Shown here: positions 62,767 to 64,000 of the stretch, in pieces
Layout: each line of letters begins with the position of its first letter
Numbering within the stretch: the first letter of the stretch is position 1
Virus record (IMG/VR): IMGVR_UViG_3300045988_183505
Coordinates: 1-64,000 of that record
Length of the DNA: 64,000 nucleotides
Source: a virus
Reading direction: 5' to 3' (one strand)
Made by a program: the position numbers and the translations under genes
Notes under the pieces: model-generated
Seen by the model: the letters and a program-made list of their open reading frames with translations, nothing else
Told to the model about the DNA's origin: nothing
Databases searched by the model: none

Positions 62767-64000
62767 ATGGCAAATAAAAGTACCGCAGCCGATGAGAAAA
62801 AGTCATGGCTGAAAAAAATTCTGGAGAAGTTAAAAAAACTGGTTGAGCGAAGCAAAGCTCCCACCTTGTTCCAGAAGTATGAGGAAATCCAGAAGAACCT
62901 GAATGAAATGGTAGAACAAAATGAGGTCAGCACAGAAGCTCTGAAAGACTTGTATTCTATCACGGCAGAAATGGAAGGTAAACTCGGCGGCATGGAAGAA
63001 GAAGACAAGCAGACGCTTGAAACTGGTCTTAGCGACATAGAACAAAGCATGAAGGAAGAAGTTGCCAAGCATCATACTGAAATCACCGGAGACATTTGCC
63101 GAGCTTTGTCTGACGTGTCTGGCTTGGACTATGATGATGTGAAGCAGATGCTTTTCAATTCTGACGCTACACAAATTTTCACTTCCGGCACAGACACCTA
63201 CATCTCTTTGGAAAAACTCGGTTCTTTCAAGGCAAATGTTGTATTGGAAGAAGATGCAAGAAACGCCTTTGTGTTGTTTGAAAAAGCTGATATTCCGGAA
63301 AATGCACAGCAGTATCTCATGGAAAATGATACAGAAAGCACTTTGATTTCCGCACTGAACCAAACATACGCAGAAAAGGTGCGGTCTGACCGTGCAGCTG
63401 AACAGGCTACAGAAGGCATAGAAACTACATTGCCATCTGGGAAACAGCCAAGAGAACGAAAAACACGACTTGAAAGATTTCGTGACAAATATGCAAACAT
63501 GGCAGAAAATCAAGACACGTTCGTCATCAGCAAGCTGTTTGAGGACAACTCATTCCGTCTGAGATACCCTGATGGAAATATGCTTGTTGTTTCCAAGAAA
63601 GCAGAAGGCGAATATCGAACCAGCCTTTATCGTAACACCTCTCCTTCCCTGACAATCAATGGTGCTTCTTCTGAAATTGGTGTCTGGAAAAGCGAAAACG
63701 GCAGAATCTCTGCCAACTTTACTTTGCCAAATGAGCCGTCAGTCAGCATCTTGTTCCATTCCGCAGAGATGAAAGAATATCTCCAGACTATCGGTGTGCC
63801 GAAAGATATGATTCAGCAGCTGTCTGACAATACATCTAACGGCAAATCGGAACGTGTCAACAAGGCTGATTTTGAGAAGGTGCAGAAATTATATGACACT
63901 ATCAGAGATTCCTTCGATAACGGCGTAAATCAAATGGGCGAGGTCGTAGCAGACCATTGCCTTTCTATGCACCACCCCACATTTGGCAAGGGACATACCT
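62767..64000 (+). CDS. hypothetical protein, partial (runs off the window end and is absent from the supplied ORF track)
   Basis: Hand translation from the ATG at 62767 (after AAAGAGGG) shows no stop up to 64000. An internal RERKTRLERFRD resembles the C-terminal tails of neighbouring proteins. Confidence 0.55.
   Translation, partial: MANKSTAADEKKSWLKKILEKLKKLVERSKAPTLFQKYEEIQKNLNEMVEQNEVSTEALKDLYSITAEMEGKLGGMEEEDKQTLETGLSDIEQSMKEEVAKHHTEITGDICRALSDVSGLDYDDVKQMLFNSDATQIFTSGTDTYISLEKLGSFKANVVLEEDARNAFVLFEKADIPENAQQYLMENDTESTLISALNQTYAEKVRSDRAAEQATEGIETTLPSGKQPRERKTRLERFRDKYANMAENQDTFVISKLFEDNSFRLRYPDGNMLVVSKKAEGEYRTSLYRNTSPSLTINGASSEIGVWKSENGRISANFTLPNEPSVSILFHSAEMKEYLQTIGVPKDMIQQLSDNTSNGKSERVNKADFEKVQKLYDTIRDSFDNGVNQMGEVVADHCLSMHHPTFGKGHT

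Noticed and set aside
62577-63513. Minus-strand ORFs 62577..63068, 62830..63513 and 63198..63500
   Set aside because: They are antisense to an uninterrupted plus-strand reading frame (62767 to the window end) that has a good RBS. That frame is missing from the ORF track only because it has no stop in the window.
1-64000. Integrative conjugative element interpretation, and rRNA, tRNA and CRISPR content
   Set aside because: No tyrosine or serine recombinase, transposase, att-like flanks, rRNA, tRNA or CRISPR array was recognised. The presence of a Rep-like gene, iterons and parAB favours a plasmid, although the window is only part of the replicon.

Overview
The window looks like about 64 kb of a large conjugative plasmid from a low-GC Gram-positive (Clostridia-like) host. 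This is an inference from gene content only; no database search was run. Two divergent transcription arms meet at a replication and control region at about 45-46 kb. That region holds a RepL-like gene, a consensus promoter, TGACTAT repeats, two perfect hairpins and four iterons. The minus arm (1-45 kb) carries a Gram-positive-type T4SS and DNA-processing set: a MobV/Pre relaxase, a VirB4-like ATPase, a giant cell-wall-hydrolase-like protein, a T4CP split into two ORFs, VirB6-like, PrgI/VirB3-like and Maff2/pilin-like proteins, a lipoprotein, a RecD-like helicase, an SSB-like protein, HU and topoisomerase III. It also carries an orphan N6-adenine methyltransferase-ParA-ParB operon, a UvrD-like helicase-nuclease and a Panacea-domain gene pair. 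The plus arm (46-64 kb) resembles a leading or anti-defence region. It encodes very acidic proteins, a YdjM-SPFH pair, a 1547-aa polyvalent protein with a HEXXH motif and a CHC2 zinc-finger protein. No rRNA, tRNA, CRISPR array, integrase or transposase was recognised. The most interesting signals are: a recurrent basic ...[VI]ERD C-terminal tail on consecutive plus-arm proteins; two inverted copies of a pMV158-like oriT hairpin; a consensus promoter feeding a structured leader that ends in a terminator; shared operator palindromes and orientation-locked leader motifs; and a degenerate GGDEF-like protein inside the T4SS operon.
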